From assembly GCA_011191875.1 (NCBI GenBank), contig DUFC01000029.1:2660-66659 (forward strand): a DNA stretch of 64,000 bases, read 5' to 3'. Below, piece by piece: positions 1-9,388 of the stretch. A program made the translations under genes and the position numbers. Source of the stretch: Dehalococcoidia bacterium (GTDB lineage Bacteria > Chloroflexota > Dehalococcoidia > Dehalococcoidales > W498). Position 1 is the stretch's first letter. Every line of letters starts with the position of its first letter. A model generated the notes under the pieces. It saw only the letters and a program-made list of their open reading frames with translations, had not been told where the DNA came from and did no database searches.

Positions 1-215
1 TTGTGCAGGAGAGATTGGGGCACAGCTCTATCTCGACAACCCTTGATATCTATTCTCATGTTGTGCCGGGTCTACAGGAGGCTGCGGCCCAGCGCTTTGA
101 GGACAGTCTACCGAATACTTCACTGCCGGATCTGGAGAAAAAGGTCACCGAAAATCTTGTCGGCAAAATGTCGGCAATTTCGGAAATTTTGCCTTTAGAG
201 GACGTTTTGGGGTAA
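1..215 (+). CDS. tyrosine recombinase / phage-type integrase, C-terminal fragment (5' end lies outside window)
   Basis: Frame-3 translation ...RLGHSSISTTLDIYSHV... matches the conserved C-terminal box of tyrosine recombinases. The ORF is open to the window edge; stop TAA at 213-215. Confidence 0.8.
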   Translation, partial: VQERLGHSSISTTLDIYSHVVPGLQEAAAQRFEDSLPNTSLPDLEKKVTENLVGKMSAISEILPLEDVLG

Positions 216-228
216 AATTTTGAAGCTA

Positions 229-319
229 GGAGAGGTGTCCGAGTGGTTTATGGTGCCGCTCTCGAAAAGCGGTCTCCGCTAAAAGTGGAGCGTGGGTTCG
301 AATCCCACCCTCTCCGCCA
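229..319 (+). tRNA. tRNA-Ser (anticodon CGA), long variable arm, CCA encoded
   Basis: Hand fold: acceptor GGAGAGG/CCTCTCC; anticodon stem CCGCT/AGCGG with loop CTCGAAA; long extra arm; T-arm GTGGGTTCGAATCCCAC; 3' GCCA. Confidence 0.9.
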
Positions 320-377
320 ACCAGTGAAGTATATTATAGTAAGCCAACATAGAATATAATCTAACTTCTCACTTTGC

Positions 378-466
<89 letters not shown>

Positions 467-542
467 TTCAGTCAATTGTCGTCCAAGCACAAGCCTTGCA
501 TAGTGCTACGAGTAATCAGGTATCTTCTGTTAGGCAGTGTGT

Positions 543-1376
543 TCATGCTGTTGCCTGAGTGCTTTTCACTTTTTTCTCAACTATTGGTAGAGACCCAGCC
601 ATAGTAATAATGGCACTTTGGGCAATTTCGAATAAGGTAAATGCCTCATCTGGGGTCAGTACTATTTCAGGGTGCATGATGAGGTTATGGTGTCGGTCTT
701 TAATTTGTTGAAGCAAAGCTATTACTTCTTTGACTTGGGGATTTTGTGATTGTGAGAGATTAGTAATGTATGCCCCCCAGGAACCTAGTTTCTTTTTGGA
801 CTGTGGTTTACAGACCTGCAAATAGTATTTATGTATCACTGATTCTGTTGCTCTCATCATATGAAAGGCCGAAGCAGTCGCCACATCAAAAGCTAAACAC
901 CTCCCGCTCTGCCTAATTTCCTCTACTATGGCTGAATCAATTTTATTCAAGATGGATTCTGGTAGACTCATTTCTGCCTTTTCAATTAAGCTAGTGGTAG
1001 AATATATACCTTTCTGGGTAACATGATAAGTTGCCAGTGTCTGTAATTCAGCCGAAAGGACTATTTCAAATTCTTTGGCTTTGCTAATGACTTGCTGAAA
1101 TACATAATCGATATTTTGGTCTTCTTTACGCCACTCCTCTGAGGGTGTCTTTTTTACCCAATCGTCAATATTGCCAATATTATGGAGAAGTTCTCCCCCA
1201 GAAGCCCGACAAACAGTGAGTGTAGAGTATGAACCAAGAAGAGACTGTATTCTGTTTTGAGCTCTCAAACATGTAATGAAGGATTGAATTCTGTTTTTCT
1301 CAGTTACTTTAAGTTCGGTAACAGGTCTGAGTTCTGTGCCCAACTGGTAAAAGAATGGTAAGTTTATCCTTTCCAT
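543..1376 (-). CDS. hypothetical protein with HEPN-like C-terminal domain (possible Rx6H motif in KDRHHNLIMH)
   Basis: Long ORF. I prefer the start at Met20 of the track ORF (MERINLPF..) because TAGGAGGTG lies 5 nt upstream. C-terminal helices (..RCLAFDVATASAFHMMRATESVIHKYY.. and ..LLQQIKDRHHNLIMHPE..) resemble HEPN/DUF4145-type domains. The N-terminal ~150 aa are unrecognised. Confidence 0.5.
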   Translation of the reverse strand: MERINLPFFYQLGTELRPVTELKVTEKNRIQSFITCLRAQNRIQSLLGSYSTLTVCRASGGELLHNIGNIDDWVKKTPSEEWRKEDQNIDYVFQQVISKAKEFEIVLSAELQTLATYHVTQKGIYSTTSLIEKAEMSLPESILNKIDSAIVEEIRQSGRCLAFDVATASAFHMMRATESVIHKYYLQVCKPQSKKKLGSWGAYITNLSQSQNPQVKEVIALLQQIKDRHHNLIMHPEIVLTPDEAFTLFEIAQSAIITMAGSLPIVEKKVKSTQATA

Positions 1377-1519
1377 AGGAACACCTCCTAAGGGAATACT
1401 AATCCACCCTTCTTCAATAGGCAGGTCGCACATTAGTATATTGCTCCTTGGGAGAGTTTCGCAACAGCCTCTGAATTGTCTTCAATTTATCCCTGTGCTA
1501 GAATGGCATTGCTTTGGGG

Positions 1520-2641
1520 ATGAGTAATAAGGATACTAAATACTGGGTTGGCTTTAATATTATACCCGGTATTGGTCGTGTCAAATTAACCCAGCTTGAT
1601 AATTACTTTGATAGCCTGGCGGATGCCTGGAAGGCTACCACTGCTGATTTAAAACACGCTGGTCTAGATAGTAGCTCAATAAACGCCATTACCTCGTGGC
1701 GACCTAAGATTTCTCTAGAAGCAGAGATGGAAAAGTTAGACCGCTACGGGGTCAAAGCCCTGACCTTTCATGACCCTGATTATCCATCTCGGCTCAAGGA
1801 GATATATGACTATCCATTAATAATTTATATCAGAGGTTCTCTCCTTCCCGAGGATGAGTGGTCCCTGGCAGTAGTGGGCACCCGTCGGGCTACTGTCTAT
1901 GGGCGGCAGGTGACGGAGGAAATAGTAACTGACCTAGCCCGAAGCAGAATCACCATTGTCAGTGGTCTGGCTAAAGGAGTTGATTCCATAGCTCACCGCA
2001 GTGCCTTAGACGCCGGTGGCAGAAGCATTGCTATATTTGCCTGCGGACTTGACATTGTATATCCCGCTGAGAATGCTAACCTGGCTCGCAGTATCATTCA
2101 GCAAGGCGCTCTAATAAGCGAATATCCTTTAGGCACCAGACCCAAAGCTGATAACTTCCCCCGGCGTAATCGCATCATGAGTGCACTGAGCCTGGGGGTT
2201 CTGGTCGTTGAAGCTGGAGAGACCAGCGGGGCTATAATTACCGCTCATCTAGCCTTGGAGCAAAACAGAGAGGTATTCGCTATCCCGGGCAGTATTCTGT
2301 CGCCAGCCAGCAAAGGCACCAATAACCTAATCCAGGAAGGAGCAAAGTTGGTTCGTGACTATACTGATATTTTAGAGGAATTGAACCTGACTACCGTAGC
2401 TCACCAGATGGAAATTAAAGAGGTTATACCGGCTTCTGATACCGAGTCCCTGTTATTAAAGCAGCTCTGTGCTGAACCGACCCATATTGATGAGGTCTGC
2501 CGCACCAGCGGTCTGCCTATATCAACAGTCAGCAGTACTCTGGCTATGATGGAGCTTAAGAGTCTGGTGAAACAAGTAGGGACTATGAATTATGTTCTGT
2601 CTCGAGAAGTCAGAGAGGAATATAGGGTAAAAGTAGATTAG
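1520..2641 (+). CDS. dprA: DNA-processing protein DprA (Smf)
   Basis: Translation shows the DprA Rossmann core (..VVGTRRATVYG.., ..IVSGLAKGVDSIAHR.., ..FPRRNRIMSALS..). Classic dprA-topA synteny. Confidence 0.9.
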   Translation: MSNKDTKYWVGFNIIPGIGRVKLTQLDNYFDSLADAWKATTADLKHAGLDSSSINAITSWRPKISLEAEMEKLDRYGVKALTFHDPDYPSRLKEIYDYPLIIYIRGSLLPEDEWSLAVVGTRRATVYGRQVTEEIVTDLARSRITIVSGLAKGVDSIAHRSALDAGGRSIAIFACGLDIVYPAENANLARSIIQQGALISEYPLGTRPKADNFPRRNRIMSALSLGVLVVEAGETSGAIITAHLALEQNREVFAIPGSILSPASKGTNNLIQEGAKLVRDYTDILEELNLTTVAHQMEIKEVIPASDTESLLLKQLCAEPTHIDEVCRTSGLPISTVSSTLAMMELKSLVKQVGTMNYVLSREVREEYRVKVD

Positions 2642-2643
2642 TT

Positions 2644-4755
2644 ATGAAGAAAAAACTGGTTATAGTAGAATCGCCAGCCAAAGCCAGGACACTGACCAAG
2701 ATTTTAGGTAAAGGCTATAGCCTTAAAGCCTCGCTGGGTCACATAAGAGACCTGCCTAAGAGCCGACTAGGAGTAGATATAGAAAACGGCTTTATGCCTA
2801 AATATGTTGTTCCCAAGGAGAAAAAGAAAGTCGTGCTCGAGCTTAAAGAGGCAGTAAAAACTGCGTCTACCGTATATCTAGCCACCGACCCGGACCGTGA
2901 GGGAGAAGCCATCTCCTGGCACCTGACCGAGATAACAAAAACGAACCGTATACCTTACCGCCGTGTCGTCTTTCACGAAATAACCAGAGAAGCCGTTGAG
3001 CATGCTTTCAAGCACCCCCGTTCTCTAGATATGCAACTAGTCAATGCCCAGCAAGCCCGGCGTGTCCTGGATAGACTGGTAGGCTATAAAATTAGCCCCT
3101 TGCTGTGGCAGAAGATAAGGAGAGGCCTCTCAGCCGGTAGAGTTCAGTCGGTAGCGCTAAGGATTATTGTTGACCGTGAGCGAGAAATTGGGGAGTTTAC
3201 CCCAGTTGAATACTGGACTATCGAAGCTGAGCTAATTAAGAAAATACCCTCTGCCGAGGCGAAAACTTTTAGAGCTATGCTGGTTGGTCTCACTGATGGC
3301 ACCAAGCTGGATATTCATACTCAGGAACAAGCCACTGAGATTAGTGATGAACTTAAACAAGCCAACTACAGTGTTATCAAAGTAAAGACTAAAAAGGTAA
3401 CCCGCCAGCCAGCACCACCCTTTATAACCAGCACCCTCCAGCAGGAAGCCTGGCGCAAACTTCACTTCACCGCCAAGCAGACCATGGCTGTTGCCCAGCA
3501 GCTTTACGAAGGCCTGCCCCTGGGCAACGAGGGAAGCGTAGGGCTTATTACCTATATGCGCACCGACTCTACCCGGGTAGCCCGCTCAGCTATAGTTGAA
3601 GCTAGAGAACTTATTAGTGATAAGTATGGCTCTCAATTTATTCCACCGCATGCCCGTTCCTTCATTAGGATAGTAAAGGGGGCACAAGAGGCGCATGAGG
3701 CTATCCGTCCCACTAAAATTCGGCGGGAGCCATCTTTAATTAAACCACATCTTACTGCGGCTCAATTTAAGCTCTATGAGCTTATCTGGAAAAGAATGGT
3801 GGCTAGCCAGATGTCGGCAGCCTTATTTGATAATACAACTATTGACATTAAAGCCAGACGCCCGCATTTTAAAGCTGATTACCTGTTTAGAACTTCCATC
3901 TCTATTATCAGCTTCCCCGGATTCACCATTCTTTATACCGAGAGTAAAGATGAGGCTAATGAAGAGGAAAAAAAAAGCTCCTTACTCCCCCAAGTGGAGA
4001 AAGGTGATAAGCTTGAACTTCTGGACCTTTTCCCTGAACAGCATTTTACCCAACCCCCACCCCGCTTTACTGAAGCCACATTGATTAGGATGTTAGAGCA
4101 ATGGGGCATAGGACGTCCCAGCACCTATGCTCCCATCTTGTCCACAATTCAGGACCGAGGCTATGTTACCAAAGCTAATGGAAGCTTTCAGCCTACCGAG
4201 CTAGGAATAGTGGTTAATGATGTGCTCAGTCAATATTTCTCGGACATCGTTGACATTGAGTTCACTGCCCATATGGAAGAGGAATTAGACGAAATAGCTC
4301 AAGAAAGCAGGGATTGGGTAAATGTGGTTCAAGACTTCTACATACCTTTTGAGAAGAGCCTAAACAATGCTTCTCTGCTTATGGAAAAGGTAAAGTTAGC
4401 CGATGAGCTAACCGATGAAACCTGCCCCGAATGTGGCAAGCCTTTGATAGTTAAACACGGTCGCTATGGGAAATTCATAGCCTGTAGTGGTTACCCTGAG
4501 TGTAAATACACCAAGCCCTTCCAGATTAAGCTTGGTGTCAAGTGCCCGGAGTGTGGCAGCGAGCTAGTAGAAAGAATAAGTAAAAAGAAGCGTATCTTTT
4601 ACGGCTGCAGTAACTACCCTAACTGCCGGTTTGCCACCAGTTCCAAACCCCTCTCCCACCCCTGCCCTAAGTGTGGCAGTCTCCTTACCCAATACCGGAA
4701 AAACTGGTCAAAATGCACCAAATGTGGGTATAAGGGGAAGCTCAATCAGGACTAG
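2644..4755 (+). CDS. topA: DNA topoisomerase I with C-terminal Zn-ribbon repeats
   Basis: N-terminal TOPRIM motif (KKLVIVESPAKARTL), the active-site region (GLITYMRTDS) and three C-terminal CxxC...CxxC zinc ribbons. Confidence 0.95.
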   Translation: MKKKLVIVESPAKARTLTKILGKGYSLKASLGHIRDLPKSRLGVDIENGFMPKYVVPKEKKKVVLELKEAVKTASTVYLATDPDREGEAISWHLTEITKTNRIPYRRVVFHEITREAVEHAFKHPRSLDMQLVNAQQARRVLDRLVGYKISPLLWQKIRRGLSAGRVQSVALRIIVDREREIGEFTPVEYWTIEAELIKKIPSAEAKTFRAMLVGLTDGTKLDIHTQEQATEISDELKQANYSVIKVKTKKVTRQPAPPFITSTLQQEAWRKLHFTAKQTMAVAQQLYEGLPLGNEGSVGLITYMRTDSTRVARSAIVEARELISDKYGSQFIPPHARSFIRIVKGAQEAHEAIRPTKIRREPSLIKPHLTAAQFKLYELIWKRMVASQMSAALFDNTTIDIKARRPHFKADYLFRTSISIISFPGFTILYTESKDEANEEEKKSSLLPQVEKGDKLELLDLFPEQHFTQPPPRFTEATLIRMLEQWGIGRPSTYAPILSTIQDRGYVTKANGSFQPTELGIVVNDVLSQYFSDIVDIEFTAHMEEELDEIAQESRDWVNVVQDFYIPFEKSLNNASLLMEKVKLADELTDETCPECGKPLIVKHGRYGKFIACSGYPECKYTKPFQIKLGVKCPECGSELVERISKKKRIFYGCSNYPNCRFATSSKPLSHPCPKCGSLLTQYRKNWSKCTKCGYKGKLNQD

Positions 4756-4759
4756 CTCT

Positions 4760-4930
4760 GTGCAAGAGGTCTTCAAGAGCTATATAGACTACCTCGAGGC
4801 GGAGCGAAATGCTTCAGCCTACGGCATTGCGAGTCCTTCACAAGTGAAGGATGAAGGACGTGACAATCTCGGTGGTGGTAGGGCATTCCTGGCAATGACG
4901 AGATGGGGTATGCTTTACAATAACAGGTAG
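4760..4930 (+). pseudogene. diverged duplicate of the xerC 5' end (first ~22 codons) running into repeat-derived sequence
   Basis: GTG at 4760 opens VQEVFKSYIDYLEAERNASAY, against VQEVFNKYINYLEVERNVSPY at the true xerC start (5050). Similarity stops at about 4825. Confidence 0.5.
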
Positions 4931-4950
4931 GAGTGTGCCTCGTAATGACA
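4823..4950. repeat. cluster of GTCATTGCGAGG-family short palindromic repeats
   Basis: Contains GGCATTGCGAG, the hairpin TCCTTCACAAGTGAAGGATGAAGGA, GGCAATGACGAG and CCTCGTAATGAC. The same motifs occur at 30700-30960. Confidence 0.6.
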
Positions 4951-5049
4951 GATATTCCTAATGAGGTAAAGGGGAGTCACGCGTCACTAAGGCGCCGGAC
5001 GAGCACACACATTTGCTAAGGATATAGGAAACCTAGTAAGATTAATTCT

Positions 5050-5958
5050 GTGCAAGAGGTTTTTAATAAATACATAAATTACCTTGAGGTGGAACGGAAT
5101 GTTTCGCCTTATACGGTGCGTAATTATACTACCGATTTGCTTGGCTTCTTTCAGTTCCTTAGAACCAAGGAGATTGGTTCGCTGAAAGAAGTGGATAGGC
5201 TTGTTTTGCGTAATTATCTATCCCAGCTTATGGAGCAGGGTATTGTCAAGGCGAGTATCGCTCGGAAGCTGTCGTCTATTCGCTCCTTCTACCGCTACTT
5301 AGTGCGTGAAGAAATAATATCCACCAGCCCGGTAGCCACCACCTTTTCACCCAAGCTAGACAAGCGCCTACCCTCATTTCTTACTATAGAACAGATGAAA
5401 CGACTTCTGGAAGCTCCTGATTTAGCCACGCCACAGGGACAGCGTGACCGGGCTTTGCTGGAGCTACTTTATGCTTCCGGTCTCAGGGTAAGCGAACTGG
5501 TAAACCTGAATGTGGAGCAGATTAATCTAGACAGCCGTGAAATTCGTGTCTGGGGTAAGGGTTCTAAAGAGCGGATGGTGCTAATGGGCGAGCCAGCCAC
5601 CAAAGCTCTGGGTGCTTACTTCAGACAAGGCAGACCCCAGCTCCTGGCTAAGAAGAGAAGTAGCGCCCTGTTCCTTAATCGTTATGGGGGACGTCTCCCA
5701 GAACGGAGGGTGCAAAGAATATTGGAAAAATATGCTAATATAGCCGGCATAGATAAGGGGGTTCATCCTCACATGCTGCGTCATACTTTCGCTACCCATC
5801 TCCTTGACGGCGGAGCTGATTTAAGAGTAGTCCAGGAGCTTCTGGGACACGCCAACTTATCTTCCACGCAGATTTATACCCATGTAACCAAAAGTCAGGC
5901 GAAAAAGATTTATCTCTCAGCTCACCCCATGGCACAGGAGAAGGGTAAGAAATTATGA
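5050..5958 (+). CDS. xerC: site-specific tyrosine recombinase XerC/XerD family
   Basis: N-terminal SAM-like domain (YLEVERNVSPYTVRNY). Catalytic motifs ..ASGLRVSEL.., ..HMLRHTFATHLL.., ..LLGHANLSSTQIYTHV. Confidence 0.85.
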   Translation: MQEVFNKYINYLEVERNVSPYTVRNYTTDLLGFFQFLRTKEIGSLKEVDRLVLRNYLSQLMEQGIVKASIARKLSSIRSFYRYLVREEIISTSPVATTFSPKLDKRLPSFLTIEQMKRLLEAPDLATPQGQRDRALLELLYASGLRVSELVNLNVEQINLDSREIRVWGKGSKERMVLMGEPATKALGAYFRQGRPQLLAKKRSSALFLNRYGGRLPERRVQRILEKYANIAGIDKGVHPHMLRHTFATHLLDGGADLRVVQELLGHANLSSTQIYTHVTKSQAKKIYLSAHPMAQEKGKKL

Positions 5959-5987
5959 AGGATGTGAAGCCTCTCTTTAATGAATTA

Positions 5988-6108
5988 CTAAATCCTAATT
6001 CCTAAACTCTAAACAATATCAAATGACCAAAACTCAAAGGAACTAAGCGATTTTGAAATTTAAAATTTTAGATTAATTTAGAATTTAGTGCTTAGATATT
6101 AGGATTTC
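5988..6108. repeat. AT-rich imperfect palindromic element (AAATCCTAA...TTAGGATTT family)
   Basis: Left arm CTAAATCCTAATTCCTAAACTCTAAAC pairs with right arm ..TTTAGTGCTTAGATATTAGGATTT. The central ATGACCAAAACTCAAAGGAAC..TTTTGA recurs at 33805-33915. Confidence 0.6.
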
Positions 6109-6170
6109 ACAAAAGGGGGGACGGGGTTAATAAAAAACAAAGGGGGCGTGAGGTAACCAATATAGGGATA

Positions 6171-7241
6171 ATGAAAATAGACAATAGATTACAGAAGCTG
6201 CGCCAAAGATTGGCTGAAGAGGAGATTGAGGCTATCTTTATCTCTCAACCGGAGAACAGGTATTACCTTTCCGGTTTTGATGGTTCAGCCGGTTTTTTGC
6301 TGATTGCATCACAAGACACCGTCTTAGCTACCGATTTTCGCTACCTGGAGCAAGCCAAAAAGCAAGCTCCTGACTATGAGATTTTTCAAATTTCTGGTGA
6401 TATAGTAAACTGGTTTCCCGGACTGGTAGCTGAACTAAACTTAACAAGGCTGGGGTTTGAAGCTAAACATATTACCTTTGCCATGTATCGGCAATTAACC
6501 GACATATTGAATAAAGCACAGTCTCAACTCAAGCTAATCCCTACCGATAGACTTGTAGAATCCCTCCGAGCTATAAAAGAGCCTGAGGAGATTGAGTTTA
6601 TTACCAAAGCTGTAGAAATAAGTGATAGCGCCATTGAATATATTGACGGTATAATTCATACTGGTATGAGTGAAAAGGAAGTAGCCTGGGAGATAGAGAA
6701 ATTCATGCGAGAGAACGGCAGTGAGCCCATACCCTTTGACATTATTGTTGCTTCAGGTACAAATTCAGCTCTACCTCATGCCAAGCCCACATTGCGCACT
6801 ATCCACTCCGGCGAGCCGGTAATAATTGATATTGGCGCCAGGATTGGAGGTTACTCCAGCGACCTGAGCCGCACTATCTGCCCTGGTGCTCCTGATGACA
6901 CCTTCAATAAAATATATGATACTGTTCTTGGAGCCCAGCTAGCAGTGCTGTCTATAATTAGCGAGGGTATGACTGGTGAGGAAGCTGATAGTTTAGCCAG
7001 AGTGGTTATTGAACAAGCCGGCTATAGCGAAGCCTTTGGACACGGATTAGGTCATGGTATAGGTTTAGCCCCACATGAGCAGCCACGCTTGGGTCCAAAT
7101 TCACCGGAAAATATTGCTGATGGCATGGTTTTCACTGTTGAGCCTGGCATTTATCTTTCCGGTTGGGGAGGAGTGAGGATTGAGGATGTAGTAGTAATGG
7201 AAAGTGGTAAAATCAGAGTGATTTCAAAAGCCAGAAAATAG
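6171..7241 (+). CDS. Xaa-Pro aminopeptidase (M24B family)
   Basis: Creatinase-like N-domain plus M24 metal ligands (..IDIGARIGGYSSDLSRT.., ..HGLGHGIGL.., ..EPGIY.., ..RIED..). Located next to efp, as is common. Confidence 0.85.
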   Translation: MKIDNRLQKLRQRLAEEEIEAIFISQPENRYYLSGFDGSAGFLLIASQDTVLATDFRYLEQAKKQAPDYEIFQISGDIVNWFPGLVAELNLTRLGFEAKHITFAMYRQLTDILNKAQSQLKLIPTDRLVESLRAIKEPEEIEFITKAVEISDSAIEYIDGIIHTGMSEKEVAWEIEKFMRENGSEPIPFDIIVASGTNSALPHAKPTLRTIHSGEPVIIDIGARIGGYSSDLSRTICPGAPDDTFNKIYDTVLGAQLAVLSIISEGMTGEEADSLARVVIEQAGYSEAFGHGLGHGIGLAPHEQPRLGPNSPENIADGMVFTVEPGIYLSGWGGVRIEDVVVMESGKIRVISKARK

Positions 7242-7261
7242 GGATTGTTTACTAATGTCTG

Positions 7262-7312
7262 TTTGCCCCCCACGGTAGGCGGGTGGGAAATAAATAGATA
7301 GATAAACAACCC
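7262..7312. repeat. G-rich element GGTAGGCGGGTGGGAAA...GATAAACAACC
   Basis: Related copy at 28090-28130 (GGGTGGGCGGGTGGGGAAAAGAGATTGACAAACAACC). Ends about 20 nt before the efp start. Confidence 0.5.
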
Positions 7313-7331
7313 CAGGAAATAGGAGTCTATT

Positions 7332-7889
7332 ATGATAAGTGGCAGCGAAGTAAGGAAGGGAATTACTATTGAACTGGATGGGGAGCTATATCAGGTTGTT
7401 GAGTACCAGCATATCAAGATGAAGCGAACCGCCTTGGCTCGGCTTAAACTTCGTGACATCCGCGCCGGGCATATTATTGAGCGAACTTTTCAGACTACCG
7501 AGAAGTTCATTCGGGCACGCCTTGACTACCGCCGGATGCAATACCTCTATAATGATGGCAATCTGTATTACTTTATGGATGAAGAAAATTATGAGCAGAT
7601 GCCCCTTAGTACTACTCAACTAGGTGATACTGTCAATTACTTAAAAGAAGGCATGTCGCTAGAGGTATCAAGCTATAAGGATGAGCTGGTAGGTGTAGAG
7701 ATACCTATTACCGTTGAGCTTCAAGTAATTGATACCGGTCCCGCCTTTAAAGGGGATACTGCCACCGCCGGTAATAAACCGGCTGAGCTGGAGACCGGTA
7801 TCACTATTCAGGTTCCACTGTTTATTAATACCGGAGATACTATCAAGGTTGACACACGCAGTGGTAGCTACCTAGAAAGGGTTAGTTAA
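7332..7889 (+). CDS. efp: elongation factor P
   Basis: Typical EF-P sequence across all three domains (..RKGITIELDGELYQVVEYQH.K.., ..TGITIQVPLFINTGD.I.VDTR.G.Y..R). Confidence 0.95.
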   Translation: MISGSEVRKGITIELDGELYQVVEYQHIKMKRTALARLKLRDIRAGHIIERTFQTTEKFIRARLDYRRMQYLYNDGNLYYFMDEENYEQMPLSTTQLGDTVNYLKEGMSLEVSSYKDELVGVEIPITVELQVIDTGPAFKGDTATAGNKPAELETGITIQVPLFINTGDTIKVDTRSGSYLERVS

Positions 7890-7894
7890 GTAAA

Positions 7895-8539
7895 TTGCTG
7901 AATGCCGACTTTCATATTCACACCGAGTATTCAATGGATTGTAATACCCCGTTAGACAAGATTATTGAGCGCTGTCTGGAGACTGGAATAAACTGTATTG
8001 CTATAGCTGACCACGGTACTGCTGAGGGAGCGCTAAAGATGCAAGGTATAGCCCCCTTTCCTGTAATTGTAGCTGAGGAAATCTTAACTCCGTATGGTGA
8101 AATTATGGGTATGTTTCTCAAAGAGACTATACCCAGTGGTCTTTCCGTTGAGCAAACATTATCTCAAATCAAAGCTCAAGGCGGCTTGGTATGTATACCA
8201 CACCCTTTTGACACATTCAGACGAAGTGGTTTAGATGACAGGACGCTGGAAGAAATAGCAGGGCAAATTGATGTTATAGAAGTATTTAACTCAAGAAGCC
8301 CCCTCCTCCGGTCCTCGGCTAAAGCTCAAATCTTCGCCCAGAAGTATGGTATTCCTGGAAGTGCAGGCAGTGATGCCCATACCCCTGGTGAAATAGGCAA
8401 TGCCTATGTAGAGATGCCTGAATTCAATGATAAGAATGATTTTTTAAACGCTCTAGCCAAAGGCAAGATTTTTGGACATAGGACAAACCCCCTCGTCCAT
8501 TTTGGTAGCCTTTGGGCAAGAGTAAGAAAGCAGTTCTGA
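7895..8539 (+). CDS. PHP-domain (polymerase/histidinol phosphatase-like) metal-dependent phosphoesterase
   Basis: ADFHIHTEYSMDC.., ..IAIADHGT.., ..IPHPFD.., ..GSDAH. TTG start. Confidence 0.7.
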   Translation: MLNADFHIHTEYSMDCNTPLDKIIERCLETGINCIAIADHGTAEGALKMQGIAPFPVIVAEEILTPYGEIMGMFLKETIPSGLSVEQTLSQIKAQGGLVCIPHPFDTFRRSGLDDRTLEEIAGQIDVIEVFNSRSPLLRSSAKAQIFAQKYGIPGSAGSDAHTPGEIGNAYVEMPEFNDKNDFLNALAKGKIFGHRTNPLVHFGSLWARVRKQF

Positions 8540-8542
8540 TAG

Positions 8543-9376
8543 ATGGTGATGTATAAGCTTGGCTGGTTTTCAACAGGTAGAGGCACAGGGTCTAGAGGAC
8601 TTCTCAAGGCAGTGCAGGACAGCATCAAGGCCGGTGAGATTGAGGCTGAGATAGCTTTTGTTTTCTGCAGCCGTGAACAGGCAGAAACTGAAGCAACCGA
8701 CATATTTCTCAAGATAGTTGAAGATTATCACATTCCTCTCATCTGTTTTTCTTACCAGAAGCTCAGAGCTAAAAAAGGTGCTCCCACCATAGAATTATCA
8801 CAAAACTTACCCCAGTGGCGACTTGAGTATGACAGAGAGATAATGACACGGCTACAAGACTTTCACCCTGACCTGTGTGTGCTTGCCGGCTATATGCTAA
8901 TTGTAGGTGAAGAGATGAGTCGTAAATACAATATGATTAACCTCCACCCAGCAGCTCCCGGTGGACCCAAAGGAACCTGGCATGAGGTAATCTGGCAGCT
9001 AATTGAAAACGACGCTCAGGAAACGGGTGCGATGATGCATCTGGTGACTCCGGAGCTGGACAAGGGACCACCAGTAACCTATTGCACCTTTCCTATTCGA
9101 GGCGAACCCTTTGATAAATACTGGAAGGAAATAGAGGGATATCCACTGGAAGATATTAAAAAGAGCCAGGGAGAAAGTAACCCCTTGTTCAAGCTCATCC
9201 GCAAACAAGGATTAGCTAGAGAACTCCCGCTAATAATATCTACCCTGAAGGCTTTTAGCCAGGGCAAAATAAAGATAACCTCAGATAAAGAAATCGTTGA
9301 TGCTGAGGGGAAACCTATTAATTGCTATAATCTAACCGACGAGATAAACGAAAAGGTGAAAGGGGCGATTTCATAG
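8543..9376 (+). CDS. formyltransferase-family protein (PurN-like fold)
   Basis: ..DLCVLAGYMLIVGEEM...NMINLHPAAPGGPKG.. resembles the formyl_transf_N core. Exact substrate unknown. Confidence 0.55.
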   Translation: MVMYKLGWFSTGRGTGSRGLLKAVQDSIKAGEIEAEIAFVFCSREQAETEATDIFLKIVEDYHIPLICFSYQKLRAKKGAPTIELSQNLPQWRLEYDREIMTRLQDFHPDLCVLAGYMLIVGEEMSRKYNMINLHPAAPGGPKGTWHEVIWQLIENDAQETGAMMHLVTPELDKGPPVTYCTFPIRGEPFDKYWKEIEGYPLEDIKKSQGESNPLFKLIRKQGLARELPLIISTLKAFSQGKIKITSDKEIVDAEGKPINCYNLTDEINEKVKGAIS

Positions 9377-9388
9377 TTAACATTACGA

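Noticed and set aside
4631-4930. 99-aa ORF spanning the topA 3' end and the downstream spacer as a real gene
   Set aside because: The first part is an alternative frame of topA. Only the segment from GTG 4760 has meaning (the xerC 5' duplicate), and it then runs through repeat DNA.
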